From assembly GCA_965221905.1 (NCBI GenBank), contig OZ244922.1:1760001-1824000 (forward strand): a DNA stretch of 64,000 nucleotides. Direction: 5' to 3'. The DNA comes from Chloroflexota bacterium. Lineage in GTDB: Bacteria > Chloroflexota > UBA11872 > VXOZ01. The translations under genes and the position numbers were made by a program. This document shows positions 29,985-39,184 of this stretch, in pieces (positions within the stretch are counted from its first letter, which is position 1; the number at the start of each line of letters is the position of its first letter). Below the pieces are notes generated by a model. The model had not been told where the DNA came from. It searched no databases and saw only the letters and a program-made list of their open reading frames with translations.

Positions 29985-31424
29985 CTACCCTTCCTCCGGC
30001 CAGTCGAGCATCTGAACCGTGACTTCGCTGCCTGGCTCGACATAATCCTGGTGCTCGGAGATGATGGCGAGGCCGTCGGCCTTGGCGAGGGATGTAAGAA
30101 GTTGCGAGCCCTGTTCGCCGGTCAGACGTGCGGTGTAGCCGTGGTCGTCTCGCTCGATAATGACGCGCACAAACTGGCGGCGGCCGTGGTTTTCCATGCC
30201 GTCGAGGAAGCGGGCTTTGACGGTGGTCTTGTGCAGGCTGCTGTGCCCCTGCATGATGAGGAGCGCCGGGCGCACGAATTCCTCGAAGGTGACGTAGGCG
30301 GAGACGGGATTGCCGGGGAGGCCGACGACGGGCACACGGCGGGTGCGATTGTCGGATGAAGGATGGGCTGCCGCTTCTGTGGTAATGAACCCCTCACCCT
30401 GGCCCTCTCCCCAGGGAGAGGGATGACTTCCCGCTACAGTGCTAGTGATGCCTGAACCCTCTTTCGCATCGGGTTGTGCTGCGGAATTATCAGGGCTCAC
30501 TGATTGCTCAATAAATCCAAATGCCAGCGGCTTGCCGGGACGCATGCGGATGCGCCAGAAGTCAATTTCGCCTTCCGCGCCGAGCACGTTGCGCACCAGA
30601 TCGTAGTCGCCCATCGAAACGCCGCCAATCGTTACGATCAGGTCGCAATCCAGGCAGGAGAGCAGTGCCGCGCGGGTCTCTTCCACTGTGTCACCGACCA
30701 CGGGCAGGCGGCGCGGGACGCCGCCATAGGTGGTCACCAGCGCTTCAAGGGCATGCGCCGCGCTGTTGCGCACTTGGCCCGGTTGCAGGGGCCGGTCGAT
30801 CTCAATCACCTCGTCGCCGGTGGGAATTATCGCCACCACGGGACGCCGGTAGACCGCTACCTGCGCTCTGCCCAGGGACGCCAGCACGCCGATCTCAGCC
30901 GGCCGGATGCGCTTGCCGCGTGCCAGTACCTGCTCGCCCACTTTGATGTCTTCCGCCCGGAAGCGCACGTTGTCCTGGAACTCCGGCGACAGAAGAATGC
31001 CGACGGTGGCGGGATCGCCGCTTGCACCGGGCCGTGTGCCGAATTTCGCCCAGTCGGTACGGTCGGTATCCTCAAACGGCACCACGGCGTCGCTACCCGG
31101 CGGCACCGGCGCGCCGGTCATGATGCGCACCGCCTCGCTCGCCCCTAGCGGCACGGTGGGCACGGCACCGGCGGCAAGGTCGCCGACAACACGCAGGTGC
31201 ACGGGCTGTGCCTCACTTGCCGCCTGCGTATCTGCAAAGCGCACGGCATAGCCGTCCATAGCGGAATTATCGAACGCGGGCACGTCTTCGGTGCTCACCA
31301 CGTCCTCCGACAGCACGCGGCCGAGCGCATCCAGTAAGGAGACCGTTTCGGTTTCGAGCGCGCCGAATTGGGAGACGATGCGCGCAAACGCTTCCTCTAC
31401 GCTAAGCATGCGGTCCTCTGGCAT
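29985..31424 (-). CDS. moeA: Molybdopterin molybdotransferase MoeA with ~54-aa insertion
   Basis: GRVL.ED, P.FDNSAMDGYA, IMTGAPVP, TGDE, GGVSMGDYD, PGKP, GLPGNPVS. Confidence 0.95.
   Translation of the reverse strand: MPEDRMLSVEEAFARIVSQFGALETETVSLLDALGRVLSEDVVSTEDVPAFDNSAMDGYAVRFADTQAASEAQPVHLRVVGDLAAGAVPTVPLGASEAVRIMTGAPVPPGSDAVVPFEDTDRTDWAKFGTRPGASGDPATVGILLSPEFQDNVRFRAEDIKVGEQVLARGKRIRPAEIGVLASLGRAQVAVYRRPVVAIIPTGDEVIEIDRPLQPGQVRNSAAHALEALVTTYGGVPRRLPVVGDTVEETRAALLSCLDCDLIVTIGGVSMGDYDLVRNVLGAEGEIDFWRIRMRPGKPLAFGFIEQSVSPDNSAAQPDAKEGSGITSTVAGSHPSPWGEGQGEGFITTEAAAHPSSDNRTRRVPVVGLPGNPVSAYVTFEEFVRPALLIMQGHSSLHKTTVKARFLDGMENHGRRQFVRVIIERDDHGYTARLTGEQGSQLLTSLAKADGLAIISEHQDYVEPGSEVTVQMLDWPEEG
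30390..30422. repeat. CCCTCACCC..CCCTCTCCC/GGGAGAGGG palindromic repeat lying inside moeA
   Basis: cccctcaccctggccctctccc-ca-gggagaggg; 9-bp inverted arms; reads PSPWGEGQGEG in the MoeA frame. Confidence 0.7.
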
Positions 31425-31562
31425 GGTGTTCCTGATTTCCTACCGTGCTGCGATGCCGTATTGATTGAGACCTAGTGTCTCAGGGCATAGCTCTCAATAA
31501 GTGTCACAGTTGATCGTTGCGCAGTTTCGCGGGTAGCTCTTGGCTGCACTGCGTCAAAGTCG

Positions 31563-31669
31563 GCGGGGGACAAGCCCCCGCGCTACAAGTTTTCAAAATA
31601 CACTGCGGGGGACAAGCCCCCGCGCTTCAGTTGTCAATAAAGACTGCGGCGGAAAAGCCCTCTCGCTAC
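31563..31669 (-). repeat. Three tandem GTAG-type REP units (~42-bp period)
   Basis: gcgggggacaagcccccgcgctac at 31563-31586, 1-mismatch copy at 31605-31628, degenerate copy at 31646-31669; minus strand reads GTAGCGCGGGGGCTTGTCCCCCGC. Confidence 0.85.
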
Positions 31670-31761
31670 AACCTCACATTGAATTGGGTATTCACCGGCC
31701 AACTATGGTGAAGCCAAGCTATGCCAATCGCCGGTGGTGCAAAAGTGGGCTTTCGACCCGG

Positions 31762-33210
31762 TTACCCTTGCAGGTTGAAGACCACCAGCTTCAGGTCGGT
31801 CATCTCCTCGATGACGAACTTGGGGCCTTCGCGACCCATGCCGCTTTCTTTCACACCGCCGAACGGCATCTGATCGGCGCGGTAGCGTGAGGTATCGTTG
31901 ATCATAAGCGCGCCGATGCGCACCTCCTTGGCGGCTTTCCAAGCCGTTTCCAGGTCGTTTGTGAAGATACCGCCCTGCAAGCCGTAGCGCGAGTTGTTTG
32001 CCAGGGCAATCGCCTCGTCAATGTCGTCATAGACCGTAACGGTAACTGCCGGGCCGAAGAGCTCGTCTTTGAAAATCTGCATATCGGAGCGTACACCGCT
32101 AATCACAGCCGGTGAGACAAACTGGCCCTCACGCACGCCGCCACAGAGCACATTCGCGCCGTCTGCCACCGCTACTTTGAAGCAAGCTTCCACACGTTCG
32201 GCGGCGCTCAGCGTTACCATGGGGCCGACATCAGTGCTATCTTCGTAGGAAGGCCCTACCTGCATCTTCTCAACGTGTGGCACCAGAGCCGCGAGGAATT
32301 CCGCCTCGACGTCGCGATGCACCAAAATGCGTTGGGCGGAGGTGCATACCTGACCGGCGTTCATATACCCGCCCTGGGCCACCGCTTCGGCAGCTACGGC
32401 CACGTCGGCGGTCTTGTCCACAATCACGGGTGAGTTGGCGCCCAATTCCAGGGTGGCGCGGCGGAGTCCGATGCTATTGCGCAGATGTCTGCCAACCTCC
32501 GGTGAGCCGGTGAAGGAATACATGGCAAAGCGCTCGTCCTGAATGAGCCACTCGCCGACGGTTGCGCCGCCGCCGACTATCAGGTTCAAGTGACCCGGCG
32601 GCAACCCGGCGTCGAGAAAGGCCTGACAGATCTTTGCCGCAGTGACCGGCGTGGCGCTGGCGGGCTTGAGTACCACGGTGTTGCCGGCAGCAATGGCGGG
32701 CGCGATCTTGTGCGCCACGAGAATAGCGGGAAAGTTAAATGGCGAGATGCAGCAGATCACGCCGATGGGCTGGCGCAAGGTGAATGCCAAGCGCTTCTCA
32801 GAGCCTACCGCGGCCTCTACCGGTATCTGTTCGCCGTGGATGCGCTTGGCTTCCTCCGCCGCAACCAGAATCGTGCTGGCTGCGCGCGCCACCTCAATTC
32901 GCGCCTCTTTGATCGGCTTACCGCCTTCCATACTCATGTGGTAGGCGATGTCCTCGACGCGCTCTAAGAGAAGCTGTGAGACCTTTAGGAGGATTTCATA
33001 GCGTTGGTAGGCGGAAAGCTCTTGCTTGTCATAGGCGCGCTGCGCCGCCTCGATTGCCGCGTCAATGTCAGCTTGCGTTGCTTCCGGCAGCGTAGCGAAC
33101 ACCTGACCGTCGTTGGGGCTGCGCACTTCCAGCAGCTTGCCGTCGCGCCGTTCGAGCCACTCTCCGTCAATTAGCAGTCCAAAATGCTTCGGTTCTGTCG
33201 TTACCGCCAT
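31762..33210 (-). CDS. Aldehyde dehydrogenase family protein
   Basis: ISPFNFP, FTGS, LELG, NAGQVCTS, ELFGP, PFGGVKESG. Confidence 0.95.
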   Translation of the reverse strand: MAVTTEPKHFGLLIDGEWLERRDGKLLEVRSPNDGQVFATLPEATQADIDAAIEAAQRAYDKQELSAYQRYEILLKVSQLLLERVEDIAYHMSMEGGKPIKEARIEVARAASTILVAAEEAKRIHGEQIPVEAAVGSEKRLAFTLRQPIGVICCISPFNFPAILVAHKIAPAIAAGNTVVLKPASATPVTAAKICQAFLDAGLPPGHLNLIVGGGATVGEWLIQDERFAMYSFTGSPEVGRHLRNSIGLRRATLELGANSPVIVDKTADVAVAAEAVAQGGYMNAGQVCTSAQRILVHRDVEAEFLAALVPHVEKMQVGPSYEDSTDVGPMVTLSAAERVEACFKVAVADGANVLCGGVREGQFVSPAVISGVRSDMQIFKDELFGPAVTVTVYDDIDEAIALANNSRYGLQGGIFTNDLETAWKAAKEVRIGALMINDTSRYRADQMPFGGVKESGMGREGPKFVIEEMTDLKLVVFNLQG

Positions 33211-33472
33211 TGTTTTCGATCTCCTTGCATAGCCTTGATTGCTTCATGCTTATTCCATATCACCATAGCATAGGCATTGGCATTCGTACACGCATGTCTA
33301 GCCCACAGGTCGGTGACCCCTATGACACGTGCGTCGAATACCCGCTGTCAGCGGGCAACAGTGCTATCATGGCCCTGAAGATCTGCTACTGAGCACCACG
33401 CCAACAGCAAAGCAAGTCAATCGTTTCTGTGATTTCCGCACAGCAAAAATTCACCAAGAGGGGAGTAGACAC

Positions 33473-34006
33473 ATGCCTCTATTGCCATACAAGGGCATCA
33501 TGCCGCGTGTGGGAAAGAACGTCTTTATTGCAGAGAATGCCTTCGTGATCGGCGACGTGGAAATCGGCGACTTTGTCAGTGTGTGGTATGGGGCGGTGCT
33601 GCGCGGCGACTTTGCGCCGATTGTGATTGGCACGCGCACCAGCATCCAGGAGAATTGCGTCGTGCACACCGATCGCGGGTTTCCATCCACGGTGGGTTCC
33701 CACGTCACGACCGGTCACACTGCCGTCATTCACGGGGCGAGCGTGGGCCACCACTGCATCGTGGGCATGGGCGCGCTGCTCCTCAACGGCGCAACAGTGG
33801 GACCGGAGAGCATTGTTGGCGCGGGCGCGGTGCTGGCGGAGGGGAAGGAGTTCGCGCCGCGGTCGCTGATTCTGGGCGTGCCGGGCAAGGTGCTGCGCGA
33901 GGTTTCGGAGCAGGAGATTGAGCGCATCTATAGCAACGCGGAGACCTACCTGGGCTACGCCCGGGAGTACCTGATAGCGCGAGGGGCGTATGAGGAAGAC
34001 GAGTAG
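33473..34006 (+). CDS. Gamma carbonic anhydrase family (YrdA-like) left-handed beta-helix protein
   Basis: IGDVEIG, W.GAVLRGD, IQENCVVH, GH..VIHG, GVPGKV.R; GGAG RBS before ATG 33473. Confidence 0.9.
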   Translation: MPLLPYKGIMPRVGKNVFIAENAFVIGDVEIGDFVSVWYGAVLRGDFAPIVIGTRTSIQENCVVHTDRGFPSTVGSHVTTGHTAVIHGASVGHHCIVGMGALLLNGATVGPESIVGAGAVLAEGKEFAPRSLILGVPGKVLREVSEQEIERIYSNAETYLGYAREYLIARGAYEEDE

Positions 34007-34157
34007 CGAGAAAGAACTCCTACTGAGGTCTCCTCAATGCTACCTGGATGGGGCATAAAGCTATCGGGCAAACTGAACGCGCTGTCTGCCGTCACGTTGC
34101 GGCGACATCTTGGCGTTTGACGACTGATGGGTGCTTACCGAACAGATACTGCGGAGT

Positions 34158-34970
34158 TTATTCCGATTCACCCGCATGGATGATTTCACCGCAGTGGGGG
34201 CAGACTTCCGGTTCGCTACGACGTTTTCCCATCTCCCTGGCAAAGCCGGATGCCAAGATACCGGCCGGCAAAGCGAACATGCCGATGCCCATGATGGCGA
34301 CGATTGCCCCAAGAAGGCGACCCAGCGGCGTAACCGGGTAGACATCGCCATAGCCCACCGTGGTCAGTGTCGCTACGCCCCACCACATGGCCGCCGGAAT
34401 GCTTGAAAACGCGTCTGGCTGCGCTTCGTGCTCCACAATATAGAGAAAGCTTGAGCCGAGCACCAGGAGCACGCCGGCAACGAAGAGCGCTATCATCAGC
34501 TCGGTACGTTCGCCGCGTAGCACTTTGCCGAAAATCCGCATCGACTCGGAATAGCGGGTGAGTTTTAAGAAACGCAGCAGGCGGAAGAAGCGCAAGGCAC
34601 GGAGGACTCGGAGGTCTACCGGCAAGAACATAGGCAGGTAGAAGGGCAGAATAGCCAGCAAGTCTACGACCGCGTGCCACGATCCGGCAAAGCGGAGCCG
34701 GCCAGAGATTGGATGGGAGTAGCGTGGGTCCGCCGTGCACGTCCAGAGGCGCAGCACGTACTCCATCGTAAACACGGCCACGGAGAAGACCTCAAAGAAG
34801 AGAAAGATGGGAGCAAATTGCGTCGCCAGATCTTCCACGGTCTCCACGATTACTGCGACGACGTTCAGGGCAATCAAAACGAAGAGAAACAGGTCGGTGA
34901 ACCGGCTGGCAGAATCGTCCGGGTGCGAGACCTCCAGGAGTTCGTAGATTCTGTTCTGGATGCGTTTCAT
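34158..34970 (-). CDS. Voltage-gated-type K+ channel (ion transporter)
   Basis: S4 RVLRALRFFRLLRFLKL, TTVGYGD selectivity filter, C-terminal CPHCG. Confidence 0.93.
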   Translation of the reverse strand: MKRIQNRIYELLEVSHPDDSASRFTDLFLFVLIALNVVAVIVETVEDLATQFAPIFLFFEVFSVAVFTMEYVLRLWTCTADPRYSHPISGRLRFAGSWHAVVDLLAILPFYLPMFLPVDLRVLRALRFFRLLRFLKLTRYSESMRIFGKVLRGERTELMIALFVAGVLLVLGSSFLYIVEHEAQPDAFSSIPAAMWWGVATLTTVGYGDVYPVTPLGRLLGAIVAIMGIGMFALPAGILASGFAREMGKRRSEPEVCPHCGEIIHAGESE

Positions 34971-35042
34971 GCGGAATTGTCTTCCTAAAAGAATTGCGTA
35001 CTAAATCCCTTGGGATTCCCGTCGCGGCTCTCTCACTTTGCT

Positions 35043-35513
35043 CTAAGTGCCGCAGAGGTCGCTGCGGCTTAGAAGTCTCCTATGCGTGCTAGTTACGTGT
35101 TTGTTAACCTTGGTCGAGTATACTTTTCCCCTGACACCACCAATGATTTCCCGGTTTCCAAAATCACTCTGGAGATTTCCATCATCGGCAAAAAGCAGTC
35201 GTGCGCCGCTCACTCTTGCCAGTGCAAGCACATGTTGATCGTTTGACTTGCAGATTTTGAGATCTTCCAGCTCTTTGGTCGCATTATCCACTTCTTTGTC
35301 GGGGATGCTCTTCGCTCGGCCTGCCAATTGTGCAGCCTGAAACCAGGATATGAAATTCTCGGAGCCGCTTAGTTCCTGGAGGAGCTTACCACCGATTACT
35401 AGCTTGGGTTGGCCCTTGCCGCTATTCAACCAGTCGAAGAAGAACTGCGCCGCTTCGGATTTCTTCTCCCCAAAGACCTGGTCCCTTACACTTGCGTCGA
35501 CGATTGCGCACAT
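35043..35513 (-). CDS. PIN-like domain protein
   Basis: AIVDAS, LLQEL, SND.HVLALA, ARLLFADDGNL..DF acidic pattern typical of PIN folds. Confidence 0.6.
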   Translation of the reverse strand: MCAIVDASVRDQVFGEKKSEAAQFFFDWLNSGKGQPKLVIGGKLLQELSGSENFISWFQAAQLAGRAKSIPDKEVDNATKELEDLKICKSNDQHVLALARVSGARLLFADDGNLQSDFGNREIIGGVRGKVYSTKVNKHVTSTHRRLLSRSDLCGT

Positions 35514-36809
35514 TTACAGTCCAATAGAGCGTCGCGTTTCAGCCATGAAAAAGTCTCGGTAACCATCCGGAGCATCCAGGACGTTACCTTCCTCGTCCAA
35601 TCGGAGTGAATGGATGGTGACGTCAAGCTCGCCGGGCTCAAAATACAAGATCGAAACGTCCTCCGGCTTCAGATCGGTCTTCTTGTCACGGATGTCCATG
35701 CGCACGCGATCGAGAATGTAATCACTGTGGGTTTCCACAATGAGCTGCCGGCCCTGGGCGGCAATGCTGCAGAATAAGCTTCCGAGGGCGGCTTGTGCGC
35801 TGGGATGCAGGTGCACCTCCGGTTGCTGGATCAGAAACATGCGAGGCGCGTCCCTACGCAGCAACTCTGTAAGGAGCGGGAGCGCTTGGCTGACACCGTA
35901 GCCAACGTCTATTAGATTTCGTTTGACGCCTTTCAACCGGCGGCCAAACTTGCGAATTTGCACTTGAAATGGAGATCCTTCCGTCTTGCCAAGCAACTTG
36001 ATATCAATCTCATCAAAGAGCCCTGACTCTCGCCCGAATGCTTCGAGAGCCTCTCGGAGACTAGCCCATTCCTTTATCTTTCGACCAGAAATGCTTGCAA
36101 GGTAAGTAGGCACGTATTCTCCTTCAGGATCGCGCGAGGGGCGCGTTAGATCGTAAGTCCGGCGTGGGCGCGAACGTATAGGCGCACTAGCAACTGGGCG
36201 CTGTCCCTCGAACACTGACCACAGAGATTCATAGAGAATTTCGGCCATCTCCACTAATTCATTGCCAATATCCCGACGTCCCCAAGCTGAAACAAAGTGC
36301 TTAAGGGGAAACAGGAACATCTCATCCTGCAAGAATATCCGATGTTCTACAGCTTCCTCTCTACTAGAGTCCGGTGTAGCCAGACGGACCAGGTAACTCC
36401 CATCCTCCTGTCTGGCTTCCCGGAACTTTACATTGTCCCCGGTGATGGATCGCATCATCGGATATGGGATAGCATTACGCTCAACGAATGTGACGTTAAA
36501 AGAGATGTCTTGCTTGCTCTGGGTAGGAATTCGTTCTTCACAATATTCGAAGCCTGCAACAAAACTAGCTGCTTGACTACCTCTGCCACCACGATTGTGA
36601 GCGATGTCTTGAAACGTACCGAGGTCGAAGGGATCCTCTCGAAAGTCCGGTACTCTGTCCAAGAAGGCGGTGTCCCACAGCGCACGTATAAGCGCCAAGA
36701 AGGAAGTCTTCCCCGTACTATTGTTGCCCACGAGGAGAGTAAGTGGGGCCAAGCGCGCTGTCTGCTTTTCTCGGAAGCAGCGGTAGTTTTCAAGCGTGAT
36801 GCGGTCCAT
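35514..36809 (-). CDS. ABC/AAA_21-type ATPase with DUF3696-like C-terminus
   Basis: I.LENYRCF, Walker A GNNSTGKT, signature VGYGVSQ, Walker B FLIQQPEVHLHP, H-loop VETHS, LDEEG...P.GY.DFF. Confidence 0.85.
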   Translation of the reverse strand: MDRITLENYRCFREKQTARLAPLTLLVGNNSTGKTSFLALIRALWDTAFLDRVPDFREDPFDLGTFQDIAHNRGGRGSQAASFVAGFEYCEERIPTQSKQDISFNVTFVERNAIPYPMMRSITGDNVKFREARQEDGSYLVRLATPDSSREEAVEHRIFLQDEMFLFPLKHFVSAWGRRDIGNELVEMAEILYESLWSVFEGQRPVASAPIRSRPRRTYDLTRPSRDPEGEYVPTYLASISGRKIKEWASLREALEAFGRESGLFDEIDIKLLGKTEGSPFQVQIRKFGRRLKGVKRNLIDVGYGVSQALPLLTELLRRDAPRMFLIQQPEVHLHPSAQAALGSLFCSIAAQGRQLIVETHSDYILDRVRMDIRDKKTDLKPEDVSILYFEPGELDVTIHSLRLDEEGNVLDAPDGYRDFFMAETRRSIGL

Positions 36810-36940
36810 GGTTGGATTCTAACAATCGTTTGACTGTCTAACAAGGTATTAATGACAGGTTCCCACCTTGACGTTCACAGGTCGCTGTGCAACGATAGTA
36901 GGCGTCTCCCCGTGTTGTTCGCAATCTCCCTCCCCCGGCT

Positions 36941-37369
36941 ATGTCTTTTCAAGAGCCGCCCACCGAGCCGCCGCTGAAGCTTTTCACGCTGCAAGAAGCC
37001 AATGCACTCTTGCCGCGTATGAGTGAATCCGTCGCACGTCTCCAAGAAATCCTCGTTCAGTTTAGGCAATACAGCGAGGGACAAGCGTATCCCGCCTCCT
37101 TGCAGCGCAGCAACGGTCATCCCACAACTGAGCCCGCGTCTTCCTTGCCTTCTCTCCGCATCGTACAGTCTCTGCGCGATGAGGCCGAGTCGCTGATCAA
37201 AGAAATTGTTGAACTGGGCGTTGCGCTGAAGGATATCGAGCAAGGTCTGGTTGACTTCCCTGCCGAACGCGATGGACGGATCGTCTATCTTTGCTGGAAG
37301 CAAGGCGAGGACGAGATTCGCTTCTGGCATGAGTTGGATACCGGCTTCGCGGGCAGGAAACCCCTCTAG
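36941..37369 (+). CDS. DUF2203 domain protein
   Basis: FTL.EANALLP, KD...GLVDFP, YLCWKQGE..I.FWH...GFAGR. Confidence 0.88.
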   Translation: MSFQEPPTEPPLKLFTLQEANALLPRMSESVARLQEILVQFRQYSEGQAYPASLQRSNGHPTTEPASSLPSLRIVQSLRDEAESLIKEIVELGVALKDIEQGLVDFPAERDGRIVYLCWKQGEDEIRFWHELDTGFAGRKPL

Positions 37370-37393
37370 GAAAAGATGGCATAAACTCCCCAT

Positions 37394-39184
37394 ATGGAGA
37401 TTCTCCGTCGACTCATCGCCGCATCGTTCAAGCACCGTCGTTTTGCCCTCCTAGCGTATGGCTCGTGGCTCATCAGTACGGCCCTGAGTTTGGTCGCGCC
37501 CGCACTCTTCAAGGAAGTGATTGACAATGGCTTGGTGAAGGGTGACTTGAGGTTCATTGGCGCGATGGGTGGCGTGATTTTCGCTGTGGCGATATTCGCG
37601 GCCCTCTTTCTTTTTGGCAAGGCATTCTTCACCGCTGTCACATCGCAGAAGACCGGGTACGATCTGCGCTCGCAGCTCTACGACCATTTGCAGCACCTCT
37701 CATTTGGCTTCCATGACAGAATCCAAGCGGGTGAGATGATCTCCGTCGCCTTGAGCGATGTTGAGCTTGTGCAGGGGTTCGGTGTCCAAGCTATCATCAA
37801 CATCCTGGATACCTTCCTCCGCTATGCCATGGTGCTCGCCATCATGTTCTGGCTCAGTGGAGAACTCGCCTTATGGTCGCTGCCGCTTCTCCCCATCCTG
37901 GGCGTGATCGCTTGGATATACCACAAGAAGGTGCGACCGGAGTATTCTTGGATTCGCCAACAGCGCGAACGGGTCGTCATCGCGTTGGAAGAAGCCATCA
38001 ACGGCGCGCGCGTCGTGAAGGCTTTTGTGCGGGAATCCCATGAGAAGGAGAAATTCGAACGAGAGGGACGCGAGCTTATCCGGCTCATGATGCGGGCAGT
38101 CAACCTCAATGCGACGTTCGGTCCCCTGATGAATATGGTAGCGGTTTCCGGAGTCGTCATCGTCCTGTGGCTGGGAGGACGGTTCGTAATCGGTGGTGAG
38201 TTGTCAATTGGCGCGCTCGTCGCATTCGTCACCTACTATCAGATGCTTGTACAGCCTACCCAGCAACTCCCCGGCATCATGGACAGTATCGCCACCAGCA
38301 TTACGAGCGGCGAACGACTGTTCGGCGTGCTTGATACACGCTCTCCGGTGCGGGACTTGACCGGCGCACATAAACTTCCGCGCATCAAGGGACAAATAGC
38401 GCTGGAAAACGTCAATTTTGGGTACGAGCGCGGCCACGCCGTTCTAACCGAGATCAATGTCGATGCCGCGCCGGGCAAGATGATTGCCATCGTAGGTCCC
38501 ACCGGCAGCGGCAAGAGTACGCTGCTCTTTCTCATTGGGCGGTTCTATGACGTGCAGGAAGGGTCAGTCAAAGTAGACGGCCATGACGTGCGCGACGTTA
38601 CGCAGGAATCGCTAAAGGAACAGATCGGAATCGCTCTCCAAGAACCCCTGCTCTTTGCCGACACCATGGCGAATAACATTGCGTACGGCAGGCCCGATGC
38701 CACCATGGAGGAAATCATGGCGGCCGCCAAGGCCGCGCAAGCCCATGAATTCATCATGGAGTTCCCGGACGGCTACCAACACCGCATTGGTGAGCGCGGC
38801 GCCGGCCTCTCCGGCGGCCAACGGCAGCGCACCGCGCTTGCGAGAACGCTCCTACTGAAGCGACCCATTCTGATGTTGGATGATGCGACCGCCAGCGTGG
38901 ATATGGAGACAGAATACCGGATCTACCAGGCGCTCAGGACGTACATGCAGGAGTGTACGACATTGGTGGTGGCCCAACGCGTTTCAACCATTAAGGACGC
39001 CGATCTCATCCTGGTCATAGAAGAAGGCCGCATCGTGGACCGCGGCACCCATGAGGAACTGCTTGCACGAGAGGGATTCTACGCGCGCATCTGCGACATT
39101 CAACTCAGAGATCAGGAACGCATGGCTGCGTTAGCGCGTGAGGCCGGTTGGAGTGAGAGCGATCACGGAGCCGCCCATGACTAA
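37394..39184 (+). CDS. Heterodimeric ABC exporter subunit (TMD-NBD)
   Basis: TM domain, GPTGSGKS, LSGGQRQR, degenerate LDDATA and VAQR. Confidence 0.93.
   Translation: MEILRRLIAASFKHRRFALLAYGSWLISTALSLVAPALFKEVIDNGLVKGDLRFIGAMGGVIFAVAIFAALFLFGKAFFTAVTSQKTGYDLRSQLYDHLQHLSFGFHDRIQAGEMISVALSDVELVQGFGVQAIINILDTFLRYAMVLAIMFWLSGELALWSLPLLPILGVIAWIYHKKVRPEYSWIRQQRERVVIALEEAINGARVVKAFVRESHEKEKFEREGRELIRLMMRAVNLNATFGPLMNMVAVSGVVIVLWLGGRFVIGGELSIGALVAFVTYYQMLVQPTQQLPGIMDSIATSITSGERLFGVLDTRSPVRDLTGAHKLPRIKGQIALENVNFGYERGHAVLTEINVDAAPGKMIAIVGPTGSGKSTLLFLIGRFYDVQEGSVKVDGHDVRDVTQESLKEQIGIALQEPLLFADTMANNIAYGRPDATMEEIMAAAKAAQAHEFIMEFPDGYQHRIGERGAGLSGGQRQRTALARTLLLKRPILMLDDATASVDMETEYRIYQALRTYMQECTTLVVAQRVSTIKDADLILVIEEGRIVDRGTHEELLAREGFYARICDIQLRDQERMAALAREAGWSESDHGAAHD

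Noticed and set aside
31425-31560. Moco riboswitch upstream of moeA
   Set aside because: Only a short inverted repeat (tgagac-N5-gtctca) is visible, with no recognisable Moco motif
31563-31669. Possible CRISPR mini-array
   Set aside because: The spacers are only 17-18 nt and similar to each other, the units are GTAG REP-like, and no cas genes are present
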